Shown: piece after piece, positions 19,102 through 30,181 of the stretch
How the letters are laid out: each line of letters begins with the position of its first letter
Position numbering within the stretch: position 1 is the stretch's first letter
Origin: an uncultured Planctomycetaceae bacterium
Lineage (GTDB): Bacteria > Planctomycetota > Planctomycetia > Planctomycetales > Planctomycetaceae
DNA length: 64,000 nucleotides
NCBI GenBank assembly: GCA_963815195.1
Contig: CAWFGE010000021.1
Coordinates: forward strand, 212,609 to 276,608
Reading direction: 5' to 3'
Made by a program: the position numbers and the translations under genes
Notes under the pieces: generated by a model
Database searches by the model: none
The model's input: only the letters and a program-made list of their open reading frames with translations
What the model was told of the DNA's origin: nothing

Positions 19102-21862
19102 ATGGCCAAGACTGGAACAAACAAAGTGAACCATCAGGATCTCTTAGAGGAAGCGTTCTGCGAGTACCTGCGACGGGTGGATGCCGGGGAGGATGTCGAT
19201 CGGCAGGCGTTCGTTTCGCGCTACCCGGACGTGGCCAATGTTCTGGCAGAACACCTCGACGCTGACTCCGTCGTGCGGCGGATGGCCGGACCGACCTACG
19301 CGGAGGCGACCGCTCATGGCGAGATCGATGCGACGATCACGGGAGATGTCCCGATCGGCGAGGGGGACATGGAAGATGCCGACTCCGGTTCGGACTTCAT
19401 TCCCGCCGGGCGGTCTGTTGCGGAGCAGGACACCGTCATTGCCTCTCAGTCCAACGACACCCATCCCGGCGGGGAAGCTCGGCAGAGCGACATCCCCGCC
19501 CAGTTCGGGCGCTATCGGGTCGAGAAGCTACTTGGGCAGGGGGCGATGGGCTCGGTCTATCTGGCCCACGACACGCAGCTCGACCGCCGCGTGGCACTGA
19601 AGATCCCCAAGTTCGACCAAGCCTCCGATGCTGACATGCTCGAACGCTTCTACCGCGAAGCGCGGGCGGTCGCGACACTGCACCACCCGAACATTTGCCC
19701 GGTCTATGACGTGGGCGAGATCGACGGGCAAACCTTCTTGAGCATGGCCTACCTCGAGGGGCGCCCGCTCTCGGACTACACAAAGTCGCAGAAGAAACAG
19801 GGCGAGCGGTCCGTGGCCAAGCTGGTGATGAAGCTGGCCCGTGCACTCCAAGAGGCCCATGAAATCGGCGTGGTTCATCGGGACCTCAAGCCGGCGAACA
19901 TCATGGTCGGCAAAAAGGGCGAACCGGTGGTCATGGACTTCGGCTTGGCCCGGCGGTTGGACTCGAATGACACCCGCGTGACCAAGAGCGGCACGATCGT
20001 CGGTACGCCGGCTTACATGTCCCCCGAGCAGGTCGAGGGCGATCCCGATGCGGTGGGCCCCGGCAGCGACCAGTTCAGTCTCGGTGTGATTCTCTACGAA
20101 ATGCTCGCCGGGCAGTTGCCGTTCCAGGGCACCATGCTTTCGGTGATCGGCCAGATCGCTCACAAGGCTCCGCGGGGTATTGAGGAACTCCGACCGGATG
20201 TCGACCCCCGCCTCGCGGCCATCTGCGGACGGATGATGAGCAAGAACCCGGCCGACCGATTTCAAAACATGGCGGCCGCTGCCGATGCGCTCCATCAATA
20301 CCTCACCGAATCGAAAACGGGGGTCTCGGCGGAGGTCTCGCAGTGGGATGTGGTTCCCGCCGACCAACCACTGCCACCAAAGCCACGCCGCCGGACGGCA
20401 ACTGCCTCCACAGTCTCATTCGCCAAGCAGTCCGCGAAGCGAAGCCAACGCCGCAAGAGACATCATCCGCCTCCGTGGCAGATTTGGACGGCGGTGGGCG
20501 TGTTGTCGCTTGTCGCGATCTTCGCTGCCGTGGTGCTGTTTCTGCAAACACCCGAGGGCACCGTCCGCATCGAGATCACCGACCCGGACACCCACGTCGA
20601 GTTTGCCGGCCAAACCTTCACGTTCGACGACAACGGCGCGGAAGTCGAAGTCACTCCGGGTAAGCACGCTTTGCACGTCAAACGCGGCTCGCTGTCTTTC
20701 ACCACCCAGGAGTTCACCGTCGAGAAGGACAGCGATGTCGCGATCAAAGTAACTTGGCAGGACAGCGAGCTGCTTGCAAAGCGCGGCGATGAGACAATCG
20801 GCCGCAAGCGAAAACCGGCTGCGATGGCAGCCAACGTCACCAAGTCAAATGAAACAACTCCGAACCTGGGGCAAATCACGCGGGCAGCGACCCTGAAGGG
20901 ACTGGCCGGCGGGGTTGAAGACGTGGCCTATGCAGACGATGGGAAATCGGTCGTCGCCGTTGCTGGGAAGGAAGTCCGTCGTTGGAGTACCGAGGATGGC
21001 AAGCCGTTGCAGGTGTACCATCTGGACAAGGCAGGGGCTGGCATCAACAGCCTGCTCCCGCTGCGGGACGGCAGACGCATGGTGACGGGCACAGCTCCCG
21101 GTGGCCGGGGGCTTCAGCTCTTGGGATCTCCAGACCCTCAAGGTCTCGCGGGAGTTTCCAGGTCACGACACCGGCAGTCACATCCTGGCCCGCGCCCTCT
21201 CTCCCGATGAGGAGTTGCTGCTCTCCAGCGGGGGGGACAATACTGTGAAGTTGTGGAACCTAGAGACCGGCAAACAACTGCACCAGATCGACGGCAATTA
21301 TGCCAGTGCCGCCGCTTTCAATGCGGATGGCACGCGGTGGGCCAGCGCGAACTGGAACGTCGTGACCATCCTTGATGTCCAGACCGCTGAAGTCGTGCGG
21401 CGAATCAGCCCCGTGGGCCGCGGGGCCATTTTGGACATGGCTTTTTCGCCCGATGGCCGGCTTCTGCTGACCGCGGGCAATAATCCGGGTGGCCTTTCGC
21501 TCCACGAAGTTGCCACCGGGCGAAAGCTGCTCGACATCGGCTTGCCCGAGGAAGTTCGGAGCTGCGCGTTCCTGCCGGACGGACGGCACTTCGTCGCCGG
21601 GTGTCGCGACAAGACGATTCGCGTCTGGCAAACGCAATCTGGCGAGGAGGTCCTCCGCGTCGCGACGGAAAGTTACGCCACGAATTACGTGGCCGTCGCC
21701 CCGGATGGCCGCTCGCTCGCCAGCGGGGGCGGAAAGTACTGGGCAGAGCCCGGAAAAGGAGCTTTCGACGGCGACGCGAACATCTATCTTTGGCGGCTAC
21801 CCAAGAGTGTCTGGCCGCAACAACAAACAAACGATCCAGGAGTGGGCACCGTTGGCCAGTGA
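19102..21862 (+). CDS. membrane Ser/Thr kinase with C-terminal WD40 beta-propeller, frameshift near 21105
   Basis: Kinase motifs (LGQGAMGSVY, HRDLKPAN, DFG, GTPAYMSPE) and a TM helix. WD40 repeats begin in ORF 19102..21210 and continue in ORF 21101..21862. Confidence 0.88.
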
Positions 21863-22286
21863 CAAACCCATGGATAACAACGCCGTATTGATCCTTCACA
21901 CATGAAAAAGTCCGCGGGTACATGATGGAAAACGTGAACGCGACTCGCCGTCAGCCCCCGTACAGTTTCGTTGCAAGAGCTAAGAAAAAGTCCCCCGCCG
22001 CCCGGCCACAGGGGCCGGGCAACAGGAGCACATTTCATAGGCAGCGGTTATCGCCGACGACGGCGTGTTCGATGATTTTGGGGATTACCACGTCGAGTTT
22101 GGGATAAGTGTTGTAAGCCGGCCTGGTGCCCGGCATAGCCTGCCGCGGCAAGCAAGGCGATTCCGAAAATCATTTCCATAAAACGCCTCCTCTCAGAGTC
22201 TGGGACGAATGGCACTGTCTAGTTCGGATTGCTGATGAAATTGCGGATGTTGCCTTGCACCGGAGCGGTTTGATCCTTTATTTTGC

Positions 22287-22540
22287 CGGCGGGGTGGCAC
22301 TGTCAGCGGGGGTTGTTGCTAACAGTCTTTTGGGTGCCACTGGCAACTTGTTGCCAGTGCTTTCCAGCAGCATGGAATCGGGGGGCGTTTCAAAACTCGG
22401 CAGGGTGGCATGCTCATGGCTTTGCATGAGCATGGTTTCCGAACGTGATGTGGCATGGCCCCTGTGTTTTTCGATTCCAAGAAATCAAAGTTTCATCCAA
22501 GTGCATGCTCATGCCAAGCCATGAGCATGCCACCCCGCCG
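22287..22540 (+). repeat. composite REP module B
   Basis: Block X (22287-22399) plus a GGGTGGCATGCTCATGGC...GCCATGAGCATGCCACCC palindrome. A near-identical inverted copy lies at 41617-41869. Confidence 0.9.
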
Positions 22541-22926
22541 AACACCCGCGCTGGGGGCAGGTTGTCGATCATGCGCGAGACACGATTGACATCGTCTCCG
22601 ACCACCTGACCCCAGCCACCCCTCCGAACTGAAGATTGACGCGGTCTCCGACAACCTGACCCCGGGCACTCCTCCGACAACTTGCCCCCCAGCGGGCATC
22701 GACACCCTCCCCAAAAGGCTCCGCCCATGAGGAATCGACATCGGCGATCTTTCGGGCAAAGAGAAAATCCCGCTCGTCCCGATTTTTTGCTTGCATAATC
22801 GGCGAGTTTCGGGAACGATGATCAGGGGTTGCTTTCCCACCGGAACCAACCCCCTTTTCAAAAGCGTTTCCTGGGCACGTAGGGCTTTGCTCACGACATC
22901 TTTGTTTTTGCTTTGGGAGAGTTTCC

Positions 22927-23346
22927 GTGAAGACGGTCGTTTTACTTACGCTGGCGGGAATGGGTTTGTTTCTGGGGAATTCCAAGGCCTGGGCGGTCGA
23001 TTTGACCAAGACCCTGGTCGTCGAGGCCGACACCGACAAAACGTCCAAGGACATCGACGTCAAATTCGAGCTGCAGCGCACGACTTGGGCGGGGGAAAAC
23101 CTGCAGATTTTCGCCAAGCTCAAGAACGAAACGGATAAAGACTACCGCTACGTGGAGGCGATCATCACCGTTTACGACAAGGAAGGCAACTTCATCACCC
23201 GCTCCACGTCGAGCACCTATCCGGAACTCCTCGGCAAGAAGAAAGTCGGTTATTTGGACGCCAATTACGTCGAGACCGGAGACCAAATCCCGGCCCGCGT
23301 GACGATCAAGCTGACCGGCGAGGAAGACGACGGCAATAACTTTTGA
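22927..23346 (+). CDS. exported protein, FxLYD-like domain
   Basis: Signal peptide; LKNETDKDYRYVEAIITVYDKEGNFI resembles the FxLYD family. Confidence 0.7.
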   Translation: MKTVVLLTLAGMGLFLGNSKAWAVDLTKTLVVEADTDKTSKDIDVKFELQRTTWAGENLQIFAKLKNETDKDYRYVEAIITVYDKEGNFITRSTSSTYPELLGKKKVGYLDANYVETGDQIPARVTIKLTGEEDDGNNF

Positions 23347-23389
23347 TGTTCAGCCGCAATTGAAGCCTGGGCGAAAGCGATTCCGCGCC

Positions 23390-23510
23390 GGAAAATCCGA
23401 AATCCGAATATCCCAACCCTGAGTGTCCGGTGGGTTGTGTAGAAGGGACAGATTGGTTTGGAGCATTTGGATTTGGGATTCGTTTCGGATTTCGTGCTTC
23501 GGATTTGGGC
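23390..23510. repeat. inverted repeat built from AAATCCG-like heptamers (second copy)
   Basis: aaatccgaaatccgaatatccca...gggattcgtttcggatttcgtgcttcggattt, between convergent genes. Confidence 0.75.
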
Positions 23511-23534
23511 TAGAAAACGCGCAGACTGATTTCA

Positions 23535-24515
23535 TCATGGGGGCGTGGCCATTGGGGTGTCGGTCATGGACGGTGCGGTGCGTTCGGCGACGCTGTAGGT
23601 GTCGCTGTCGCGGCCGGTGTTCGAGACGATCAACTCGGCCAATAACCCCAGCGAAATCGCCTGGGCCCCCAACAGCGTGGAGGCAATGGAGTAGGCCAAC
23701 AGCGGGCGGGTGCCGATGGGATCGAAATCCATCCCGCCCACGTTGGTTAAGAGCCAAATCCCCGTGAGGGCGGCCAGTCCTAAAAAGCCCAGGGCGAACA
23801 AGAGGACGCCGAAGGCTCCGAGCATGTGCTGCGGGCGCTGGCCGAATCCGGTGAGGAATTTCACCGTGAGCAAATCCAGAAAGCCCCTTAGGAATCGGCG
23901 GATGCCGTATTTGGAATGCCCGAACTGCCGCTCGCGGTGATGCACGGTTTGCTCGGTGACGCGAAAGCCGCGCGCGTGGGCGAGCACGGCGATGAAGCGG
24001 TGCAATTCGCCGTAGATACGGATTTCCTTGGCCACGTCCGAGCGGAACAGTTTGAGGCCGCAGTTGTGATCGTGCAACTTCAGCCCGGTCAGCCGGCTGA
24101 CCATCCAGTTGAAGACCCGGCTGGGATACACCTTATGCCAGGGATCGAGCCGACGTTCTTTCCAGCCGTTGACCACGTCGAAACCTTGGTTCGCTTTGGC
24201 GAGGAATTTGGGGATCTCGGCGGGGTCGTCCTGGAGGTCGGCGTCCATCATCATGATCCAATTTCCCCGCGCCGCGCGCATGCCGGCGGTGAGCGCGGCC
24301 GCCTTGCCGAAGTTCCGGCGGAACCGAATCCCCGACACGCCCTCATCCTGGGCGGACAGCTCGGAAATCACCTGCCACGATTCATCCGTGGAGCCGTCGT
24401 CGATGAACACGACTTCCACATCGATATTTTCCGCATCGCAGGTGGAGCGGATTTCTCGATGCAGCTGGCCGAGGCTGGGGGCTTCGTTCAAAACGGGGAC
24501 GATAATCGAAAGCAT
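23535..24515 (-). CDS. GT2 polyprenol-phosphate glycosyltransferase (ArnC/GtrB-like)
   Basis: [39 protein letters not shown] and two C-terminal TM helices. Confidence 0.93.
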   Translation of the reverse strand: MLSIIVPVLNEAPSLGQLHREIRSTCDAENIDVEVVFIDDGSTDESWQVISELSAQDEGVSGIRFRRNFGKAAALTAGMRAARGNWIMMMDADLQDDPAEIPKFLAKANQGFDVVNGWKERRLDPWHKVYPSRVFNWMVSRLTGLKLHDHNCGLKLFRSDVAKEIRIYGELHRFIAVLAHARGFRVTEQTVHHRERQFGHSKYGIRRFLRGFLDLLTVKFLTGFGQRPQHMLGAFGVLLFALGFLGLAALTGIWLLTNVGGMDFDPIGTRPLLAYSIASTLLGAQAISLGLLAELIVSNTGRDSDTYSVAERTAPSMTDTPMATPP

Positions 24516-24561
24516 GAGCGGCGTCTCTCGGGCGGATTCTCTGACAATTTGGATCGTAATC

Positions 24562-25624
24562 TTAAATTATCGGCGGGGGTTGGGAGGTGGATTGCAGTTC
24601 GCGGTCTGTTTTGAGGGCCTTGGGCCGGACACAGTAGTATAACACACTCGCCATGCAGATTTCACTCGCAAACCACACCGCCCGGAGCAACAACGGCACA
24701 ACGACCGCTTGGCCGGGCGTGACATCCGGCTGCATCCGCAAAACTTCCAGAAGCAACCCTTCCCGCACGCCCAACCCGCCCGGCGCGAACAGGGCCGCAA
24801 AGCCGACGACCGTTGCCCCGGCGACGGCGCCCGACCAAACCGGCCAGGCGGTCCAATCGACGGATTCGCTCACGGCCCGTAGCGTGAAGCCCAGGGAGAG
24901 GCCGTGGAGCGTCCAACTGCCGGCGAACGCGGCGAGGCCTTGAATGACCAGCTTGGGCGTGATCCGCACGCGGTTTTCGCCTTCCATCATGCCTTGCGGG
25001 GTGAACTTGACGGCGAACCAGGTCAGCGTCTTGGCGATGAACGGGGCGAGCGAGCAACTGGCGGCGACGACGGTCAAAGCCGGCAGCCAGCGGACGCCGA
25101 CCATCCACCGTCCCCAAACCGGCCAGCCGGCGGTGTGCTCGGGGCGGAGCAGCCAAGGCGAGAGGGCGACGGCCATCGCGGCTCCGGTGGCCATCATCAT
25201 CAACGTTTCGCAGGTCGCGGTGAGGACGGACACCGTCACCGGCGCCCCGCGGTCTTTGAGCAAGGCCGAGCGGATCACCAGCACGGTCGCCTTGCCGGGG
25301 ACGTACTTTCCCAAATGCCCGCAGTAATAGGCGCGGGCGGCATCGTCGAACCGCACATCCCCGCCGACGCGGTGGATCATCCGCCGCCAGAACCACACCG
25401 AAGGCAGCCAGCCGGCCGAATAGGCCAAACCCGCGAGCACAAGCCAGCCCCACTCGAAGGGAATGCTGCTCCAATCTTCCCGCTGCCAAAGCTGCCAACC
25501 CCGGCGTCCGACAAACGCCAGCACCAACAGGCACAAGCCCCACTTCACCGCGCCACGCCCAGCGCTTGGCGGACGACGAAGAAACGGGTTCGCTTCCCAT
25601 TGCGTTTGAATTGGAAACAGTCAT
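24562..25624 (-). CDS. lysylphosphatidylglycerol-synthase-TM (flippase-like) membrane protein, probable frameshift near 25549
   Basis: GKYVPGK and PGGLGVRE motifs with many TM helices. The N-terminus MTVSNS...AKRWAWR is in another frame just upstream of VKWGLCL. Confidence 0.85.
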
Positions 25625-26021
25625 GAAAAACCACGGACCGCGCGAGGCAAATTGCAGAAGTGCCCAGTTTATCGAATGGAAGAAAACGCCTCTAGAGAGT
25701 TCTCGGCGTTGCGTTGGGGCGGAAAGCGAGGCCGGGGTGCACGTCAGCTTTTGCGGGCTTGCGACGGGTTGAAAAATCGTCAATAGGAGAAATTGGGGAT
25801 TTGCGTTAAGCTGCGGGGAGTGGCTTAAAGGAAAGTCCGTCAGCCAAAAACGCCGGCTTCTCGTACCGACTCGCAACAGGGCGGGCGCAGAATGACTTGG
25901 GTCAGCGGCCGAATCGGGGCTTGCCGAATGACAGAGTTTTGAGGGATTATTGGATTCCTTTCGCCGCTTAAACCACCGGGCGGGTGGAACCGTTAAAGTC
26001 AAACGCCAGGGGTCTATTGAC

Positions 26022-28373
26022 TTATTTGCCTTTGCCCTGTCGATTGGCGAATTGTAGAAACAGTTTCCAGTCTTCGGGCCGAGCGCGATGACCTTGTGAG
26101 TGATAATGGAAGGCTAAATCACCTGACGTGACGGGATGGTCCAACTGAGGCAGTTGATCGGTTCGCAGGCCTGTCGCGCCGAGCAGGCGGTACACGGGGC
26201 CGGCGGCAACCAAAGCGAGAAACTCGCCCTTGGGATCGCTCCACTGGTCGGTAACACCGCCGTTCACATACACCCGCCGCGGCGCGATCAACGAAATCAA
26301 CATGTGCTGGTCAATGGGGAGTTCATTCCATTTCCCAACCCAGTGTTGAAGATTGCCGGCGAACTGCCACGGAAAGTTTTGCGACATGTCGTCCAGCGTT
26401 TCTCCCCAATCGCGACGGATTAACGATGCCCCCATTTCTCCCGGAACGACGCTGAACACGCTGCTGATGCGTTCGTCCTTTGCGGCGGCCCACAAGACCG
26501 TCTTGCCGAGGCGAGAGGCCCCGGTGATCGCAATCCGTTCGCTGTCGATCGCCTTGTCGGTCTCCAAATAGTCGATCACTCGGCTCGCTCCCCAAGCCCA
26601 CGCACTGATCGTGCCCCATTCATCGGGAGCCGGTTTTGTTTGGCCCGGTTTGAGTGTCATGCCGATCACGCCCCGCTGCCACTGGTTGGCCCGGTCCGGC
26701 TGTATATCGCCGTAGCCGATTTGTGCATAAGCCCAGCCCTTGGAGAGAACTTCTGCGATCGGATCAAACGGTGCCGCAGCGTTTCCCTCGAGACGCCGCC
26801 GAACGTCTGCACTGAAGAACGAAAGGTGCAAGAGCACCGGCACGCGTCCCCCGGCATTTTTCGGCACGTGCAAGGTCACACGCAGTTTCGGCGAGGTTTC
26901 GTCGTTGATCGCCCGAGAGCCCATCCGGCCTTCGATCTTCCTGGTAATCGCCGTCCCGCTCCGCGAGTTGGCATCGGTTTCCATGACTTTCCATTGAACC
27001 GGCGGCGCATTTTCCGGCACGCGTCCGTAGATTTGCTCTTCGTAAAACCGAAGGATCTCGGCTCGACGAACCTTCCATTCCTCGGCCGTCGCGACGCGCC
27101 GACCGCTCGACATGATTAACGGGTCGGGGAGCGAATAGTCTGGCACCTTGGCCTCATCGTAGTTCGAAACGTGTCCCGTTCGTTTTGCCAGTCGAACCGG
27201 ATTTCCCCGTTGATCCCGGCCGCCGATAAATAAAACATTGTCGGCATTGCCGGCGGCTCCGGGCGGCGGCGCGGCGGCTTGAAAGAGCTTGGGGGCAAGC
27301 GTTGCGAAATACCGGCGCCAAACCGCATAGTTATGGACTCCCGCGGTGATGTGGAGTTCATGGTCGATGCCTTTTTGCTTCAATGTCTTGGAAACTGCTT
27401 TGTTCCGCTCCAACGGAAAATCGTCCTGACCGCAACCGATCCAGAAGAGATCCAGGGCGTCGTTCACCGTTTTCGCATCGTTAAGAATCTGCCCGAGCCG
27501 CTCGACGCCCGCTTGCGGCACACCCCCGCTAAACGAGCCGATCGCGCTAAACTTGTCGAGATTCTTTAGGCCGATCGTGACCGCTTGCCCTGCGCCCATC
27601 GACAAACCGGCGATCGCGCGGTCCTTATTCGTTTTGAGCACACGATATTTTTTTTCGACCAGCGGAATCACATCGCCAAGCAAATAGGATTCAAACTTTT
27701 CGGTGTTCGTCTGCTGCACGTCGCGCGGTGAACCGTGGGGCACCGCATGGCCGAACGGCATAACGACGATCATCTCTTTCGCCGACCCATCGGCGATCAG
27801 ATTGTCCATGATGAAGTTCGCCGCACCAATCATCACCCAGCCGATCGCCGTGTCGTTCGAGCCGTGCAGCAAATAGAGCACGGGATAGAATTTATCCGTG
27901 TTCCCGTGGTACGACGGCGGTGTGTAAACCGAAAACCAACGTGTATCTCCCAGCGTTTTGGAATGATGAAAGTTGATTTCCACGTTGCCATGAGGCACAT
28001 CCGCAGGCTCCCAAAGGGCTTCGCCGGGTATGTGGAAAAACGAACCGGCTCGGGATGCTCGCAGCTTGACCGATGAGTTTTCCGGATCGGGGACTTGAAC
28101 ACCATCAATCTCGAAGCCGTAAATGTGATTTCCGGGAGGAAACGGGCCGGCCGTCGCGGTCCAAACGCCGTCGTCCCCCTTCGTCATGGCGAGTTCCTCA
28201 CCCTGCTTCAACCAGTCGCCTAATAACAGCACTTTGTCGGACTTCGGCGCGGAAACGCGAAACGTGACGCGGGCATCCTCGTGGACTTCTGGGGAATTGC
28301 CCGCCGTGCAGACGTTGGCCGATGAGAAGACGAGGTGCAGAACGAACAGAGAAATCAGCAAATCTCGATTCAT
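26022..28373 (-). CDS. exported bifunctional carbohydrate esterase: CBM48-like + CE1-like esterase + CE15-like (glucuronoyl esterase-type) domain
   Basis: SPEVHEDARVTFR Ig/CBM48-like start; YPVLYLLHG and GLSMGA nucleophile elbow. The second hydrolase has NYDEAKVPDYSLPDPL, WGTISAWAWGASR, GASRLGK and LPIDQHMLISLIAPR. Confidence 0.88.
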   Translation of the reverse strand: MNRDLLISLFVLHLVFSSANVCTAGNSPEVHEDARVTFRVSAPKSDKVLLLGDWLKQGEELAMTKGDDGVWTATAGPFPPGNHIYGFEIDGVQVPDPENSSVKLRASRAGSFFHIPGEALWEPADVPHGNVEINFHHSKTLGDTRWFSVYTPPSYHGNTDKFYPVLYLLHGSNDTAIGWVMIGAANFIMDNLIADGSAKEMIVVMPFGHAVPHGSPRDVQQTNTEKFESYLLGDVIPLVEKKYRVLKTNKDRAIAGLSMGAGQAVTIGLKNLDKFSAIGSFSGGVPQAGVERLGQILNDAKTVNDALDLFWIGCGQDDFPLERNKAVSKTLKQKGIDHELHITAGVHNYAVWRRYFATLAPKLFQAAAPPPGAAGNADNVLFIGGRDQRGNPVRLAKRTGHVSNYDEAKVPDYSLPDPLIMSSGRRVATAEEWKVRRAEILRFYEEQIYGRVPENAPPVQWKVMETDANSRSGTAITRKIEGRMGSRAINDETSPKLRVTLHVPKNAGGRVPVLLHLSFFSADVRRRLEGNAAAPFDPIAEVLSKGWAYAQIGYGDIQPDRANQWQRGVIGMTLKPGQTKPAPDEWGTISAWAWGASRVIDYLETDKAIDSERIAITGASRLGKTVLWAAAKDERISSVFSVVPGEMGASLIRRDWGETLDDMSQNFPWQFAGNLQHWVGKWNELPIDQHMLISLIAPRRVYVNGGVTDQWSDPKGEFLALVAAGPVYRLLGATGLRTDQLPQLDHPVTSGDLAFHYHSQGHRARPEDWKLFLQFANRQGKGK

Positions 28374-28628
28374 GGCAGGCTCCCAACAGAGATGGACGGT
28401 CGCACCAACTCCACAGTGTATCCAAATAGTCGAACGGCGATGAAGTGAGAGACATCATAAATCCAAATAGGGTTCCCATAAACGCGCTTTCGCACTCCAC
28501 TCGGTGACGGAAATCCCGCAAGTCATTAAAAACGGCGGATACGCAGACGACGTCCGGTGGCGTGGGAGGACGGCGGGGGCGACCCCGCCTCTCGGCCCGA
28601 TTCCCGAAATCCGCCGGCAGGCAACGGC

Positions 28629-29887
28629 TCACGAGGTGACCGCCGGTTCCATCGGCTCCTCCGCGGTGGATTTCTCGGCCTCACGTTGTTGGGCCAGTTC
28701 CTCCGCCAGGCGGTCGAGCTGGGATTTGAGAGTGGATTCCAATTCCTGCATCAAGGGATCGGCTTTCGCTCCCTTGGGACGTTTCGGGCTGACTTCGATC
28801 GCTTCGCCGATGTCGATGATCAGCTTCATCGGACCGTGCACGCGGGCCGCATCGGTCAGGTCCTCCTCGAACCGCTCCACCGTTTCCAAGAGGCGCTCGG
28901 GCGGGCTGTCGGGCATCACGTAGTTCCGGGGATAAAGCGAGAGCGCCTGGGCGAGATACACATCCTCCAACTGCCGCCAGCGCCGTCGCGCTCGGCTTCG
29001 GGAAGCTCGGACTTGATCATGTCCGGCAGGATCGCGATCCGCAGCGCCTTGACCCGCGCCACCACGTCGCCCTCGCGGTTTCCGCCCAGCCATTCCTCTT
29101 CGAGCGGCACCAATAGCCCATCGATCAAATGGTCCAGCCGTTTGTAAAGGGAACCCGTTTGCGGCCGGCCGAGGTATTCGACTTCCTTGAGCGTCAGAAG
29201 TGCCGTGCCCAGTTTGCGGATGCGTTGGATCAGAGTCAACTGCCGCTGCGGCCGCCAGGAGAGGCGGGTTTCGATGTCGGTCAGCACCGACGTGATGGTC
29301 GCCTCCAGGTCGCCTAAAAATTGATACCGCATGGCGACGGGATGAATGACCACCTGACCCGGCGGATCGAGTTTTTCCCGGCGTTTGGCGGCCGTGCGGG
29401 CGATGAAGGCCGTGCCTTCCATCAAGACGCCCAAGCGGTCGTTCGCGCGGGTGATCACACCTTCGGGATAAATCACCAGCGGGCGGTCGGCTTGCTCGAG
29501 GACCTCGATCGCACAGTTGAGGGCCTGCCGATCCATGCCTTCCCGATACACCGAAAACGCCCCCAGCCGCCTGGTGACGAAGCCCGTCAGCCAGTCGGCT
29601 TTGAACACGTGCCAGCTCGCCATCGTAAACAGGTGGATCTTCATGGTCCGGTTGATGAGGCCGACCGCCATCGGGTCGGAGGGCCGGCAGTGATTGGGCG
29701 CGAGCACGATGCCATGCCCGGCGTCCAGGGATTCCCGCAGCCGCTCGGTGCCCCGGCATTCGCTTTCGACGATGGCGTAGCTCCGCCGGAGATACCAAGG
29801 CAGCACATACCGAAACGCCGACGACCAAAACGTCCCCCGGTACGGCGGAATGAACGTGTAAGCCTCTTCAAATACGACCGGTTGCAT
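28629..29887 (-). CDS. 1-acyl-sn-glycerol-3-phosphate acyltransferase family, frameshift near 28985
   Basis: NHCRPSD (NHx4D), GAFSVYREG and IYPEG. The C-terminus RRWRQLEDVYLAQ is in a second frame. Confidence 0.85.
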
Positions 29888-29946
29888 ATTCTTCCTTTGC
29901 CCGTTGTGCTTTTCCCTTTGAAATCGGTCCGCCCCCGGAACGTACG

Positions 29947-30045
29947 CGAGCGGCTGGGCGCTAGCCGCCGGTCTTGACGTTGGGATCATCGCTTCATCGA
30001 AACCGAAGGCGAGCGCCTACCGCTCAGATTTTCAAACACGTTCTC
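29947..30045. repeat. REP-like palindrome (same family as 1474-1665)
   Basis: gagcggctgggcgctagccgccggtcttgacgttg...gcgcctaccgctcagattttcaaacacgttct. Confidence 0.8.
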
Positions 30046-30181
30046 AGATTCTCGATGGAACGCCAATCAACTGTTTTGTACAACACGTATTATATACTGG
30101 AAAACAGCATCCGAAGCGCCCCTGTTTCGGTCCGCAATGTGCAAAACGAAATCCTAACGATAAGAAATTGAAGGAGCCGAC

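Noticed and set aside
25810..26010. RNase P or 6S RNA (GGAAAGTCC motif in a long intergenic region)
   Set aside because: The rest of the RNase P consensus is missing and the ends do not pair as in 6S; no support without an Rfam scan.
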